NCBI GenBank assembly: GCA_000091165.1
Contig: FP565575.1
Coordinates: 1,710,001 to 1,742,000, forward strand
Direction: 5' to 3'
From: Candidatus Methylomirabilis oxygeniifera
GTDB lineage: Bacteria; Methylomirabilota; Methylomirabilia; Methylomirabilales; Methylomirabilaceae
Length of the DNA: 32,000 nucleotides
In this document: in pieces, positions 31,929-32,000 of the stretch
Position numbering within the stretch: position 1 is the first letter of the stretch
Layout of the letters: each line of letters begins with the position of its first letter
Notes under the pieces: generated by a model
Seen by the model: the letters and a program-made list of their open reading frames with translations, nothing else
Database searches by the model: none
Told to the model about the DNA's origin: nothing
Made by a program: the position numbers and the translations under genes

Positions 31929-32000
31929 GACGCAAATATGCCCACTCTTGCCCAACGAATTACTGTCGCCTGCGCCAACCGACCGTTCAGCGCCTCAATG

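Noticed and set aside
1-32000. CRISPR arrays, rRNA genes, additional tRNAs, prophage structural genes.
   Set aside because: No regularly spaced direct repeats, no rRNA-like conserved segments and no capsid/terminase/tail-like ORFs were seen. Only one cloverleaf-compatible sequence (21585-21671) was found by eye.

Overview
GC-rich (about 60%) bacterial chromosomal segment in two parts; taxon not assignable from sequence alone.

**Part 1 (1 to ~21.6 kb): ordinary core genome.**
- Tail of a metal ABC permease.
- A peroxiredoxin / TusA-like / DoxX cluster.
- An FGE-sulfatase (SUMF1) family protein.
- folC, glmU and glmS.
- A minus-strand TCA block: icd, mdh, a coiled-coil lipoprotein gene, then sdhC-sdhA-sdhB-like genes.
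- A secreted metzincin-type protease with a paralogous small ORF upstream.
- A macro-domain protein.
- An egtD-like histidine methyltransferase in apparent operon with an ABC transporter (ATPase plus fused permease/substrate-binding protein).

**Part 2 (21,585 to the window end): accessory DNA.** After a tRNA-Leu(UAA) at 21585-21671 the sequence changes abruptly to ~740 bp of AT-rich non-coding DNA. The rest looks like an integrated island.

**Main candidate for something new: 22409-28132.** Four genes are joined by ATGA stop/start overlaps.
- The first encodes a protein with two CxxC...CxxC zinc ribbons.
- The next three encode tyrosine-recombinase-fold proteins:
  - 615 aa with a degenerate active site;
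  - 271 aa that is essentially a catalytic domain only;
  - 767 aa with a full R..HxxR..H..Y set, a ~430 aa unassigned N-terminus and a long insertion.
- This recalls recombinase-in-trio (RIT) and Tn554-type elements but does not match my memory of either architecture.

**Downstream of the module:** a RadC N-terminal fragment, a HEPN/MNT toxin-antitoxin pair, a hypothetical protein, a DUF433 gene interrupted by an IS3-family element (orfA/orfB, G GGA AAC slippery site, TGAC duplication) and an XRE-type remnant.

No rRNA genes or CRISPR arrays were seen. All protein calls rest on by-eye motif recognition in the supplied translations. No database search was run.
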